The notes under the pieces are model-generated. The model saw nothing but the letters and a program-made list of their open reading frames with translations, was not told the origin of the DNA and did not search any database. The translations under genes and the position numbers were made by a program. A stretch of 64,000 nt of DNA from a virus (Duplodnaviria > Heunggongvirae > Uroviricota > Caudoviricetes): the IMG/VR virus record IMGVR_UViG_3300028584_001240; one strand, given 5' to 3'. Each line of letters begins with the position of its first letter. Position 1 is the first letter of the stretch. Shown piece by piece: positions 51,131-61,202 of the stretch.

Positions 51131-51832
51131 TTATAGATTGATCATTTGAACAACGGGAGAATCTTGAAATAAAAGATCATAGACATCTTTTTCAATTTTT
51201 GTAGCGGCATGAACAGTCATGAATTTACGTTTAAACGAAGGCCAATAAAATTCTTCAATCAAAACCTTCCTAACTGGCTCACCACCATATTTATCAGAAT
51301 CCGCATAAGCATGAAACCGTGCAGATGGTTCCAGCTTTCCTGTATTAATATTAAATAAAATTTTCATTGTCATTAAAAATGATATGTCATCGTTTGATTT
51401 TTTGACATCAGCAGAATAATCAATAAGATCTTCACCAGAAATATGAACGTTTTGAATCATGTCGTCTACATGCTGACTAGACAAACAAGCTTTCTTTCCA
51501 AAACAGAAAATGTTCATAAAGTTGAAATCATGATTAACTTCTTTAAGGATTTCATTAACATTTTCAAAGATGTCAGATCTAAAAATTAAAGGCATTTCTC
51601 TATGAGATTCTTTATCACGAGCAAGCATGATGAAAGATTCGAGCGACGCAATAATAAACCAATATTCATAATGTTTATAATTTTTTGAAAAAGTAACCAT
51701 CTGGATATTCGATCTCTCTAAATGATCCATCCTGTAAGTGGGATTGGTATTTCGTCTTAAACTGTTACGGAGAGACATATGAAAACCTCTAATAGATGGC
51801 AGTATATTATCATACCATAGGTTAAATATCAA
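51131..51832 (-). CDS. Hypothetical protein, family B, tag (VVQMINL)
   Basis: True start probably MSLRN; paralog of the pseudogene at 52700..52962. Confidence 0.8.
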   Translation of the reverse strand: MIFNLWYDNILPSIRGFHMSLRNSLRRNTNPTYRMDHLERSNIQMVTFSKNYKHYEYWFIIASLESFIMLARDKESHREMPLIFRSDIFENVNEILKEVNHDFNFMNIFCFGKKACLSSQHVDDMIQNVHISGEDLIDYSADVKKSNDDISFLMTMKILFNINTGKLEPSARFHAYADSDKYGGEPVRKVLIEEFYWPSFKRKFMTVHAATKIEKDVYDLLFQDSPVVQMINL

Positions 51833-51835
51833 TAA

Positions 51836-52684
51836 TTATATTAAAGACATGTCAATGACTTGCTTATAGTCATTAAAATTACTAACAAAGTCTTCAATAC
51901 TAGGTGTTTCAAGCTTGTTTGTTTTCATTATAGAATAATAAAAAATCACAGAGATATAATCACGCATATCAGGAATAGAATCATGTTCACTGAAGCTGAT
52001 AGAATGCAAAGGATCTGCACATTCGTGGTTAAGTCTGTAAGTGTCACCATTTTTTGACAATGAAGCACTGAACATTTTATTGGATTCAAAAATCGCGTAA
52101 TCTTGAGTTCCAATTATATCGAACATAGTTGCACTTCGATTTTTAATAAGCATCTTGAAGTCATCAACAAGCTTAAATGATGAACCATCTTTAATCAAAT
52201 TGAATACAAATCTTGAGTTTTCTGTGCATTCAATCTTTCGATTAGAAACCATACCAGAGAGTTCTGATTTTTGAGAAGCACTCAGATCTAAATCAAAATC
52301 TTCAAATTTTTTCAATTTTACTTCATTTACATTTTTATTTACTGAAATGTTTTCAACATACGATTCCAGAAATTGATTAGACAACTTAATGAAGTGTTCA
52401 ATATTGTCTATGTTAACAAATTTAAAGAAATCTATATTGGGAATAAAATAAAGAATAACATCATCTGGGATTTCTAGGTTTTCGTAATAAGACACTATCA
52501 TTCCAACGACAATATTATCAATCAATACATCGGCTCTGGTGTCTTCAAATTTTCTCCAATTGACAGTTACACTTAAATTTTTATTATTAAGCCGGTCTTC
52601 CAATGCTTTAATAAATGAATCCTTATGTCTGTAGATAGTAGGATTACCTATTTTTTTTAGATTAATTTCCTTAAAATTACTCAT
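51836..52684 (-). CDS. Hypothetical protein, family A, tag (VIDMSLI)
   Basis: GAGGA RBS; paralog motifs. Confidence 0.8.
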   Translation of the reverse strand: MSNFKEINLKKIGNPTIYRHKDSFIKALEDRLNNKNLSVTVNWRKFEDTRADVLIDNIVVGMIVSYYENLEIPDDVILYFIPNIDFFKFVNIDNIEHFIKLSNQFLESYVENISVNKNVNEVKLKKFEDFDLDLSASQKSELSGMVSNRKIECTENSRFVFNLIKDGSSFKLVDDFKMLIKNRSATMFDIIGTQDYAIFESNKMFSASLSKNGDTYRLNHECADPLHSISFSEHDSIPDMRDYISVIFYYSIMKTNKLETPSIEDFVSNFNDYKQVIDMSLI

Positions 52685-52699
52685 ATTTAAATCCTCAGT

Positions 52700-52962
52700 T
52701 TAAAGGTTAACCATTTGAACAACAGAAGAATCCAAGAAAGTGAGTTCACTTACCTTCTTTTCAATTTTTTGAGATCCATAAATAGACATGAAATCAATTT
52801 TAAATTAATTAACAAATATTCTTCTGCTGAAGACATCAAGAAATGATATTCATATCGCTTATCGTCTTTTTCGAAAACCACAGTTCTAATATTGGAAGAC
52901 CTGTTGTGATTGATTCGATAAGAAGGGTTTGTGTGATTTCTAATCAAAGCTTCGAAGAACAT
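52700..52962 (-). pseudogene. Internally deleted, frameshifted copy of the family B gene
   Basis: N-terminus MFFEALIRNHTNPSYRINH matches 51131 gene; another frame gives FKIDFMSIYGSQKIEKKVSELTFLDSSVVQMVNL-stop, matching its C-terminus. Confidence 0.8.
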
Positions 52963-53162
52963 AATTAATCCTCTAAAATTATTGAAGTATATTATCATAC
53001 TTAGAGAAAATAATCAATCATTACAACGTATTAAAAAATCAACTTTTTTAGTCATTCATCTCATGACATTCATTGTAAAATAACTATTTTTTTAATTGAA
53101 AAAGTCAACTATGTTAAAAAAACACAGTAACCATTATATTAAAGTCTAAATATCAACATTAA

Positions 53163-53960
53163 TTAAATGACAGACATCTCTACAATTTTCTTATAGTCAG
53201 ATAGGTTAGATAAATAATCTTCAAAAAGTGGACATTCCATATTAGTTTCAAGCATTACTGAGTAATAGAAAACTATGTCAGCAAAGTGCTTAATGTTTGG
53301 CAATGGCTCAGTTTCAGTAAATTCAAGACTATAAATAATGTTAGTCGTTGAATTATCTCGAATACAATATATGTCATCTTCTTTGATAATGATAACACTT
53401 AAAAGATTACTAAACCTTTTCATATCAAAAATATTTAGCGTATGGTTATGTATAGAATATTTAAAATCATCGACAATTTTGAATTCATCACCTTCTTTAA
53501 TCATCCGATAAACCAGATTACCCGTCTCATTAAAACAAATAGTTTCAGAGCATAGTGTGCCATAGAACTGCTTGTCTTCATGTTGAAGGTCAAAACGAAA
53601 GTCCAACAAACCTTTATGGGGTGGGTTGTCACTGTCTTTTAATACATTCAATGTAACGAGTGTATTTTTCAAAAGCTGTGAGGAATAGTCTAAAAATTGA
53701 GTGATTGAATCCATTTTACAATAATCAAAGAACGAATAATATGGAAAGAAATAAAGATACATGTCTTCGGGAAATGGCCTGTTTGCAAAAAAAGTGATAA
53801 TTTTGCCAACACGAACATTATCCACATTCACAATACCTTGTGTATCACCATGTTGAAGAGAATTGACAGTCACTACCGCATGATCATTAATAAGACGTTT
53901 CTTGAATGCATTCAAGAAGATATCAATGGTTTCTTGTGTAATCACTTGGCTTTTATTCAT
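53163..53960 (-). CDS. Hypothetical protein, family A, tag (IVEMSVI)
   Basis: GAGGA RBS; paralog motifs. Confidence 0.8.
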   Translation of the reverse strand: MNKSQVITQETIDIFLNAFKKRLINDHAVVTVNSLQHGDTQGIVNVDNVRVGKIITFFANRPFPEDMYLYFFPYYSFFDYCKMDSITQFLDYSSQLLKNTLVTLNVLKDSDNPPHKGLLDFRFDLQHEDKQFYGTLCSETICFNETGNLVYRMIKEGDEFKIVDDFKYSIHNHTLNIFDMKRFSNLLSVIIIKEDDIYCIRDNSTTNIIYSLEFTETEPLPNIKHFADIVFYYSVMLETNMECPLFEDYLSNLSDYKKIVEMSVI

Positions 53961-53969
53961 TTTAAATCC

Positions 53970-54407
53970 TCAGTAAAACATCCAAATAGTGCCTAGGTTC
54001 TTAAAGATCTTTTGAACTGCAGTATCTTCAAACAAAAGACCGGGAATACGTTTAACATCCGAAACGACAATATTACCCCATTTATCATAGACCAAACCAG
54101 TTTCAAAATAGTCAGGACGTTTAGGATCTGTAATCTTCGCAGCGTTGAAAACTTCGTCAACAGTAATCAATGTTTTTTCGCACGCAATGTGGTGTTCTTC
54201 ACAAACACTTGCTGCATTGTTTAAATAGTACCCACCATCATCAAACAGCTTGCGATCATACACATGATGAGCGTCAATTGCGGGTTTATCACAAAATATA
54301 CAGGTGTGATGATCCCTTTCAAAACAAGCAGTTTTAAAATCTTCTCGACTGAGTAACGTGTTCTCATCTATTTTTTGATGTTTCATTTTGTTCACCTTAA
54401 ATTTCAA
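53970..54407 (-). CDS. HNH endonuclease-like protein
   Basis: ERDxxxCxxC...DAHH...NAASVCEEHH. Confidence 0.75.
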   Translation of the reverse strand: MKFKVNKMKHQKIDENTLLSREDFKTACFERDHHTCIFCDKPAIDAHHVYDRKLFDDGGYYLNNAASVCEEHHIACEKTLITVDEVFNAAKITDPKRPDYFETGLVYDKWGNIVVSDVKRIPGLLFEDTAVQKIFKNLGTIWMFY

Positions 54408-55305
54408 TCATGTCTTGCAGCAGTAAATGTTCTTTCAAATTATTCATGTCATTGACGTGGACATTTTTTAATTTCAAAACAGCAACAATCATATTTTCAA
54501 TGTCAACAATTTCCGAATTTACAAATTCTTTATAGGTCAACTTAACCGTTTGATTCTGCATTTGCAATGTTATTTTAATATCATCCAGTTTTTTTTCTGA
54601 AAATAAATCAATGTTAATAGAAAAAATACTTTGTGGATTGATGACTGTGTGTTTTGCTTTACTTTCAATAATAAATTCTTTTGTTGAAATCTTTATGTCA
54701 AAGCACTCATGGACTAAATTATTTTTTTCAAAATAAATTCCATTTTTTTTAATCAAATTATAAATACTGTTATCATAATTTAATAGCTTATCTACTTTTT
54801 TAATCATTTGAAGCATGTGAGCTGTCAGCCAACTACATGAAACACCTTCATCCTTTACACCAGAATAATTATGGCACAATCTTTCAAACATCTCTTCTGC
54901 TGATAAGTCATGTCGATTGAAATCATTTAAACTCATATCAAAATATAAATTATTGGATTTGTTCGAAATATGGGGCAAAATATTAGAATGTTTATCGCCA
55001 TCATTAATGTGTTCAATCTTAATAGTCACTGTTGGATAAGTGTCTGCTGATATATTGAAAATAAAATGAACAGGAATATCTATCTTATTCATAATATTAG
55101 CTTCGGATTGAATTATCTTCAAGAAAGGTTCAATCCGTGTAAGATTAATCGTATAACTTTTTTTTGAATTTCGAATTTTTTTTGTGAGTGCTTTATAATC
55201 AATATTATGTAGATTGAATAAAGATGTTACTTCGGCATATTTCATTAATCTACTCCATAACTTAATAATGCCGATATTATAGCATAAAATGTGATTATTT
55301 TCCAT
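54397..55305 (-). CDS. Hypothetical protein, tag (LQDMIEI)
   Basis: True start probably MKYAE after GGAG. Confidence 0.75.
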   Translation of the reverse strand: MENNHILCYNIGIIKLWSRLMKYAEVTSLFNLHNIDYKALTKKIRNSKKSYTINLTRIEPFLKIIQSEANIMNKIDIPVHFIFNISADTYPTVTIKIEHINDGDKHSNILPHISNKSNNLYFDMSLNDFNRHDLSAEEMFERLCHNYSGVKDEGVSCSWLTAHMLQMIKKVDKLLNYDNSIYNLIKKNGIYFEKNNLVHECFDIKISTKEFIIESKAKHTVINPQSIFSINIDLFSEKKLDDIKITLQMQNQTVKLTYKEFVNSEIVDIENMIVAVLKLKNVHVNDMNNLKEHLLLQDMIEI

Positions 55306-55326
55306 TCATTTCTAATCTATTATTGG

Positions 55327-55884
55327 TTAAATTTTAACCATATCATGTAAAACGAGCAGATTTTTAAAATTTCGTTCACCTTTGCGATATAACTCAATAA
55401 GACTGTTATCAACAGCACCTTCCATTTCAGTAATGTATTTACCGTAAATCATATAAGGAATGATAGAGGGGGCAATATCTTCATAAATATTACCATTGTC
55501 TTGAAGATTTCTTCTTGAATAGAAATAAAATGACTTCCAGTAAAGTGAATCTTTGAACAATATTTCTAAATCATACGGTTTAAAGATAAAATCTATATCA
55601 ATAGAGTCACGAACATTTAGACTAACTGTATAAGCCAACACTTCACCATTAACAGTTACCTCTTTTCCTGATGACATAAACCTAAAATGTTCAGTAATGA
55701 TACATTCAGAATCATCTAATAATTGAGAATCAACTAGAATTTGTTTTAACGTCTTGTTATTGATCAGGAGCTTAATATCTCCTTTATCATTCAAAGTCAC
55801 AGTGAATATTTTTTTCATTCTTTCAATAATGCTGTATGGAATAGACTTGCTTAATGTAATAGCCATGTGTAATTGACTCCCCAA
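55327..55884 (-). CDS. Hypothetical protein, tag (LHDMVKI)
   Basis: About 180-aa ORF. Confidence 0.75.
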   Translation of the reverse strand: MGSQLHMAITLSKSIPYSIIERMKKIFTVTLNDKGDIKLLINNKTLKQILVDSQLLDDSECIITEHFRFMSSGKEVTVNGEVLAYTVSLNVRDSIDIDFIFKPYDLEILFKDSLYWKSFYFYSRRNLQDNGNIYEDIAPSIIPYMIYGKYITEMEGAVDNSLIELYRKGERNFKNLLVLHDMVKI

Positions 55885-55986
55885 TAATAGATCTTATATT
55901 GTAATACATTGCAAGGATGGTTGTAAACAAAAATTTTAATAAAAAAAGACATCCGAAGATATCTCTTTTTATAATTAAATAAAAAA

Positions 55987-56541
55987 TTAATTATGAACAG
56001 TTGCTTTACTAATATTAATACAACTATCAACGATTTCCCAACATTCATCTGTGGTTAACTGTTTGCTAAATGGACATACAGCTTCTGCATTTTTCTCTTT
56101 AATAACCGAAGCATTTTCAAGCACTACAGCCCCACGATATAAACGAGTAATAGCAAAGTCTGTCGATATTCTATGAAATTCATGACTTAACGATGTATAG
56201 CTGTCACCTGTTCTAAAATGTTGAACACTTTCTGGAATAACAATCACATTGACTTTTTGTGGTTTGACTATTTTTTCTTGTTTGCAATTTTCTTCAATCA
56301 TAATGTAATCACTAAGCCCAGAATGTATAGTAAATAATTCTTGTGTGAGTTTTCCAGCCATGATAGTTGAAATAAAGTCATATCTATGATTATGGATTTC
56401 TTCTACGTTGACTATTGGGTTAACATCTGGATGATAGAAATGCATTCTTAAATTATTGTCTAATTTTAGCTGTACAAAACCTAAACCAAAGAAATGTATC
56501 ATTTGATGGTTTTTTCTTAAAAAATCGGTATCTAAATACAT
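55987..56541 (-). CDS. Cupin-like (double-stranded beta-helix) protein
   Basis: IHNHRYDFISTIMAG...GDSY.....EFHRI. Confidence 0.6.
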   Translation of the reverse strand: MYLDTDFLRKNHQMIHFFGLGFVQLKLDNNLRMHFYHPDVNPIVNVEEIHNHRYDFISTIMAGKLTQELFTIHSGLSDYIMIEENCKQEKIVKPQKVNVIVIPESVQHFRTGDSYTSLSHEFHRISTDFAITRLYRGAVVLENASVIKEKNAEAVCPFSKQLTTDECWEIVDSCINISKATVHN

Positions 56542-56619
56542 ATCTTCACCTTTATTTATTTATCTTATTATATAATAAGATTGCTTTAATTCAATAACAT
56601 CTTAAAAAGAAAGTTTTTC

Positions 56620-57291
56620 TTAAATGGTCAGCATTTTCAGTAAGAAAAGCTGCTCAGAAAACTCATCTGATGGTTGTGTAACATCTAAATTCATTACATC
56701 TCCTACATTGTAATAATTTGACAAATTTTTTAATGAATTAAAAATAAACTCTTTCTTTTTTACTTTAATTTTACTATCAACAAAACGACAAATAATATCA
56801 ATTTTATCAATAAACTTATCAGCAGAGTAGAATTGTGCTGTTATTTTTATATTGTCATAGTTTGTTTTTGATGGAAATAATTTATTCATAATTGAATTAT
56901 TATAAACTTTTTCAAAATAAAATTTTGTTTCTATTAAAAGATGGACATCTGTATTATACAATGAATAGAATGCGATTAGATTGTTAAAATAAAGATCCAA
57001 ATTCATATCAAACTTGCTGAAATTTGTTATATTTTGTAATTCTGTCGAGTAATGTCGATGAACAACATGAAAAAGCTCATAAGTCGGACCATTACTTTTC
57101 ACAAAGAATACACCATTCTTAACGTCATCATCATGCACATGAGTGTTCAAAATAATTGAAGATGTTTTAACAGTGGAAGAATAAATACTATTCATTACAT
57201 TTTTTATGCTTGGTTTTAAAGACTGTATAGCACTTTTTGATAAATATAGCTTTTTAATATTTTTGTCAACTTTTGTTTTAATATCAACCAT
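56620..57291 (-). CDS. Hypothetical protein, tag (LLKMLTI); paralog of 57321
   Basis: NxIYSS, FxxVHxHY, FDMxLDLYxNN shared. Confidence 0.8.
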   Translation of the reverse strand: MVDIKTKVDKNIKKLYLSKSAIQSLKPSIKNVMNSIYSSTVKTSSIILNTHVHDDDVKNGVFFVKSNGPTYELFHVVHRHYSTELQNITNFSKFDMNLDLYFNNLIAFYSLYNTDVHLLIETKFYFEKVYNNSIMNKLFPSKTNYDNIKITAQFYSADKFIDKIDIICRFVDSKIKVKKKEFIFNSLKNLSNYYNVGDVMNLDVTQPSDEFSEQLFLLKMLTI

Positions 57292-57320
57292 AGTATTTAA
57301 TCCTTTCCAGTCTAATATTC

Positions 57321-57995
57321 TTAAATAGTTGCCATATGCAACAGTATTGTGCCTTTTTTAAACTCTTCTTCTGTTTGTGTGTAATCGAGATTAATCTCAT
57401 CAGGTATGTTGAACAATTCTTTCAAATGGGTTATAGACTGCTCAAAAAAATGATGAACATCTTTTTTGTTTGTTACAATCATTTTACCATACGAAGACTG
57501 ACAAGATAGATAAAATACACCCGTTAGATCTTTATGAAAATAAATTTCCAATTGAATGTGAATATTATTACTAGCAACTTTTGGTATAAATAATTTACTC
57601 AGCAGCCCACTATTGAAAATATCATCCAAAAATAGTCTTGTATCTACAAAAAAATAAGGATTGTTGGCATACACTCCACATAAACTTAGAAAATTGTTAA
57701 TATATAAATCTAAATCCATATCAAAGTTTTGAAAACTGATCTTATGGTTATTCGGTGTTGGGTAATGTTTATGGACGAATTTAAACATTGTATCAGTTTC
57801 ATTCTCTTTTTTATAAAAAATGATGCCATCTTCTTCTTCGGACGTTCTATCGTAGTTATCCATATCAGTTAATTTTGCTGAACTTGAATAAATAGTGTTT
57901 AATGATTTTAAAAAAACTGGCATCAATCTTGTTACAACTGCTTGAGAAATCGGTGGCTTCAGAGACATAGGTAAAACTCCAAAATAATTATACAT
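57321..57995 (-). CDS. Hypothetical protein, tag (LLHMATI); paralog of 56620
   Basis: Same motifs as 56620; start probably MSLKP. Confidence 0.8.
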   Translation of the reverse strand: MYNYFGVLPMSLKPPISQAVVTRLMPVFLKSLNTIYSSSAKLTDMDNYDRTSEEEDGIIFYKKENETDTMFKFVHKHYPTPNNHKISFQNFDMDLDLYINNFLSLCGVYANNPYFFVDTRLFLDDIFNSGLLSKLFIPKVASNNIHIQLEIYFHKDLTGVFYLSCQSSYGKMIVTNKKDVHHFFEQSITHLKELFNIPDEINLDYTQTEEEFKKGTILLHMATI

Positions 57996-58668
57996 TCAAC
58001 ATTTGAAGAACAGTAGAGTCTTCTGGTGTAAGATCTTCTTTCTTTTTGCCAATCTTTGAAAAAATAACACTCTCAAAAAGATCTGCAATAGACTCTTCAT
58101 AATCATTATATTCAACATAACCAGAAACAATTCTGTAATCTATTTCAATTGTTCTCTTTTGTAGATTAACAACTGGATATAATCTGATTTCATAGTTATG
58201 TCCTAAATCATCTATATACGCATCTAATAGGAAACAATAGTTATTCCCATCATACTGAGCATAAAAAAGAATGTCATCTATCGTCTCTGGTCGTTTTACA
58301 CCTGTATGTTTGTTCCCATAAGCAAACGTATAAATAGCATGAACCTCATCGTAGGCCCGAGACATTAACTGAAGGATTGTTTCTTTTCCTGTGATGTTGA
58401 AGTGTTTCTCAAAATCCACGAAAGCTTCTTTCCAGCCAGAATCAATAATAAAAATGTCATCTTCGTGTTCTCTGTCTTCGGCTGAAAAGAAAAAAGTTTC
58501 ATTACATAAAATGTATGAATACTCATCTGCAAATTTAAAATGTAAAAAGGTGTCAGGATGATTCCTTTTCATTTCTATATATGTTACAGGCAAAGAAGAC
58601 ACAGTATTCTCTTTAACAATGGCTAAAAGTTCTTGTGTGATGGCTTCTTTGCTGAGTGTGGTTCTCAT
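57988..58668 (-). CDS. Hypothetical protein, tag (VLQMLNV); paralog of 58665
   Basis: PETxxD.....YDGxNY shared. Confidence 0.8.
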   Translation of the reverse strand: MRTTLSKEAITQELLAIVKENTVSSLPVTYIEMKRNHPDTFLHFKFADEYSYILCNETFFFSAEDREHEDDIFIIDSGWKEAFVDFEKHFNITGKETILQLMSRAYDEVHAIYTFAYGNKHTGVKRPETIDDILFYAQYDGNNYCFLLDAYIDDLGHNYEIRLYPVVNLQKRTIEIDYRIVSGYVEYNDYEESIADLFESVIFSKIGKKKEDLTPEDSTVLQMLNV

Positions 58669-59369
58669 TTATCTTCCTTTTTATTATCGTTTGTATTAAG
58701 TTTCCAAAAATTTTCTTGTGTTTCACCTTTCGGCGGTGTCACATATTTACTAATAAAACCAGCTTTCATTTCTTCAAAGTTGGCATACTGATCATGCCCA
58801 ATGAAATATCTAAATTTAAAAAAGAAGGTTTTCGTTTCAATATTTAACATAGGATCGGCAAGTATCATCATTTTTGTGTAATAGTTATCATCACCCACAA
58901 CCGCTCTCAAAAAGTAGTTGTCACCATCATAATACATCGAATCAATCATATCTTCCAAGGTTTCTGGTTTAGTTGAAGTGATCTCAACACCCAAAAATGT
59001 TTTGTAGAAGTCACTTAACTCTTCATACTGTTGTCGTAACTCCACCAGAAAAGAATCGGACATTGTTAAAAAATTATTCATATAATTAATAATGCTAGAT
59101 CGGTCATAATAAATCAGATTAAACTCATCAGGAGATTCATTCTCGTCCAATTCGGCAGATCGCATCAAATTATAGTAATCTTCTGTGATCTCACCATCTT
59201 TACTCAGATTGAAATAAATTTCGTACAAGCGTTCGTTAGGACAACTTAAACTTTGCAAAATAATATCTTTACCCATCGCCTTAACATTATATTCAAGTGC
59301 AGATAAAACTTTTTCGAAAATTTCATTTGGGATGTTATCTGGTATGTTATTCAATTTTACATCATTCAT
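58665..59369 (-). CDS. Hypothetical protein, paralog of 57988 lacking the tag
   Basis: KPETLEDMIDSMYYDGDNY; ends NDNKKEDK. Confidence 0.8.
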   Translation of the reverse strand: MNDVKLNNIPDNIPNEIFEKVLSALEYNVKAMGKDIILQSLSCPNERLYEIYFNLSKDGEITEDYYNLMRSAELDENESPDEFNLIYYDRSSIINYMNNFLTMSDSFLVELRQQYEELSDFYKTFLGVEITSTKPETLEDMIDSMYYDGDNYFLRAVVGDDNYYTKMMILADPMLNIETKTFFFKFRYFIGHDQYANFEEMKAGFISKYVTPPKGETQENFWKLNTNDNKKEDK

Positions 59370-60037
59370 ATTTTCACCATTGCTAATAGAGTATGATCTC
59401 TTAATGTTAAGTCTTCTAATTTTTTATTAAGTGGCTCACAAGCATAGGCTACTAACAAATGGTTAATAACTTCTTCTGGTGTTCCTGAGTATAAGTTCCC
59501 ATCAATTCTTGAATTTACAAAAAAATGTGGTTCAAATCTTGTGAAATCATCATTAAGTATAAACCTAACAATAATTTTGCTATCCAAACAATGGGTAGGC
59601 ATAAATGGTTTAAGTTCTTTTGAAAATTTAAGAATATCATTGGGTGTGTTAATTTTAAAATCAACTGAATTATAATTGTTATCTGTTGCATATTGCCTAT
59701 TATCAAACAAAAAGTAATTGACAAATTTAAGTTTATTTGCAATGACTTCGATTTGGTTTAATATTTGTCTATCAAGTTCACCCTTTACACCAACATTAAA
59801 TACGCTGTCAGCCTGTTGAATTTTTGATTCACTACCAAATACAAGACATTTTTTCTCGCTTTCCATAACAAGAATCATTTTCATATCCATACCGATGTAA
59901 AGTCCTTTGAAAATCAATTGAATATTATGATAAGACGTATTCACTGGCGATACTGTCAACTCATAATTTTCTTTATCATACACAAGTCGTTTTTTTAACA
60001 CCTGCATATAATAATTTCTTTGATATTCTGAACTCAT
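59366..60037 (-). CDS. Hypothetical protein, tag (LLAMVKI)
   Basis: GAGGA RBS and TATAAT promoter upstream. Confidence 0.8.
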   Translation of the reverse strand: MSSEYQRNYYMQVLKKRLVYDKENYELTVSPVNTSYHNIQLIFKGLYIGMDMKMILVMESEKKCLVFGSESKIQQADSVFNVGVKGELDRQILNQIEVIANKLKFVNYFLFDNRQYATDNNYNSVDFKINTPNDILKFSKELKPFMPTHCLDSKIIVRFILNDDFTRFEPHFFVNSRIDGNLYSGTPEEVINHLLVAYACEPLNKKLEDLTLRDHTLLAMVKI

Positions 60038-60085
60038 TCATAATTCCTCATTTGGTCGATATTATACCATAACCATAGAGAAACA

Positions 60086-60634
60086 TCAATCACTTGATTG
60101 CTTACTCGTAATGCTATGAAGAATATCTTCGGCAGTATAGAGTTTCATCTCTTGTTCATAAGAAATGTTAATCCTCTTAATATCTTCATGACTATTCAAC
60201 TTACCCCCGTGCAAATGAACTGATCCACGAACACCAGACATACCGGGCCATTCCAGCATAGGATAGTGCATTAAGACAACTTTCTGTTTAAGAAACATGA
60301 TTTCTTTATATTGAGATACACTCTCAATGCCTAAGTTCTTGTCTGCCATCATTTGATTAAAGGTATCCATATGATCTTCTGAACTCAACACAAAGTGTTT
60401 ATGTCCATTGAGTTCATACACCAAGTTCATGTAAGATTGAAGAGCACCTTTTACAATAGAACAAAACCCACCCAGAATATAAATAGTATCATCTGGTTTT
60501 ACTTGTGTATTCCACTGGTTAATAATACTCTCTTCCATTGCTTCTACATTATCGAAACCACGAGCAATAGCCACATCTTTATTTCTGAAATGAAGATTAG
60601 CTGTAAAATGAATGTCTTTAAGTTTTTGAATCAT
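60086..60634 (-). CDS. Calcineurin-like metallophosphoesterase homolog with degenerate active site
   Basis: Scaffold FTAxLHF...WNxxVxPxDTIYILG...LNGxKxFV...LxHYP...HLHG retained; metal ligands substituted. Confidence 0.75.
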   Translation of the reverse strand: MIQKLKDIHFTANLHFRNKDVAIARGFDNVEAMEESIINQWNTQVKPDDTIYILGGFCSIVKGALQSYMNLVYELNGHKHFVLSSEDHMDTFNQMMADKNLGIESVSQYKEIMFLKQKVVLMHYPMLEWPGMSGVRGSVHLHGGKLNSHEDIKRINISYEQEMKLYTAEDILHSITSKQSSD

Positions 60635-60807
60635 TTATGATCTCCAAAATGTTTCTTATTATACCATTTCTTATAACTTGTGTATAGTTCTATCTGTTAT
60701 GCTAAAGTTTAAAAATCTAATGTTTACAGTATAAAGAGCAACTATTTTTTTAATCACATGTTGAAATAAAAAAATAACAATGCTATGATGTAGAAAAAGG
60801 AGGCTCT

Positions 60808-61122
60808 ATGTCGAATACTAAAGTTCTGCTGGAAACAATGGAAGTAAGATACGGAAAAGGGTTCGTGAGAGAATTAAAAGAGTCTTGCGAATTGACAGAT
60901 GATGACTACGAGAATGTCATCCTTATATTTAGAGCTGCAATCTCTTCCTTGGACAAATATTGCCGAGTGAAAGAGTCTACTTTAAAAGCACTTCGAGTAT
61001 TCAACCCAGAATTGCAAGGTGTAAGAATTAGTGATGATAGCGAAGTTCTGATTGGCGACAGTTATTTTAATAAAGTAAGAAATGAAATTGATACCATGAA
61101 ACAAATTGTTCAAAATTTATAA
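60808..61122 (+). CDS. Hypothetical protein
   Basis: AGGAGG RBS, promoter, terminator at about 61143-61166. Confidence 0.75.
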   Translation: MSNTKVLLETMEVRYGKGFVRELKESCELTDDDYENVILIFRAAISSLDKYCRVKESTLKALRVFNPELQGVRISDDSEVLIGDSYFNKVRNEIDTMKQIVQNL

Positions 61123-61202
61123 TTATGTCATAAGCGTTAAAAGACCACCACTTGGTGGTTTTTTTGTTTATGGTATACTATAGTAAAAACAAAGAGATTT
61201 AA

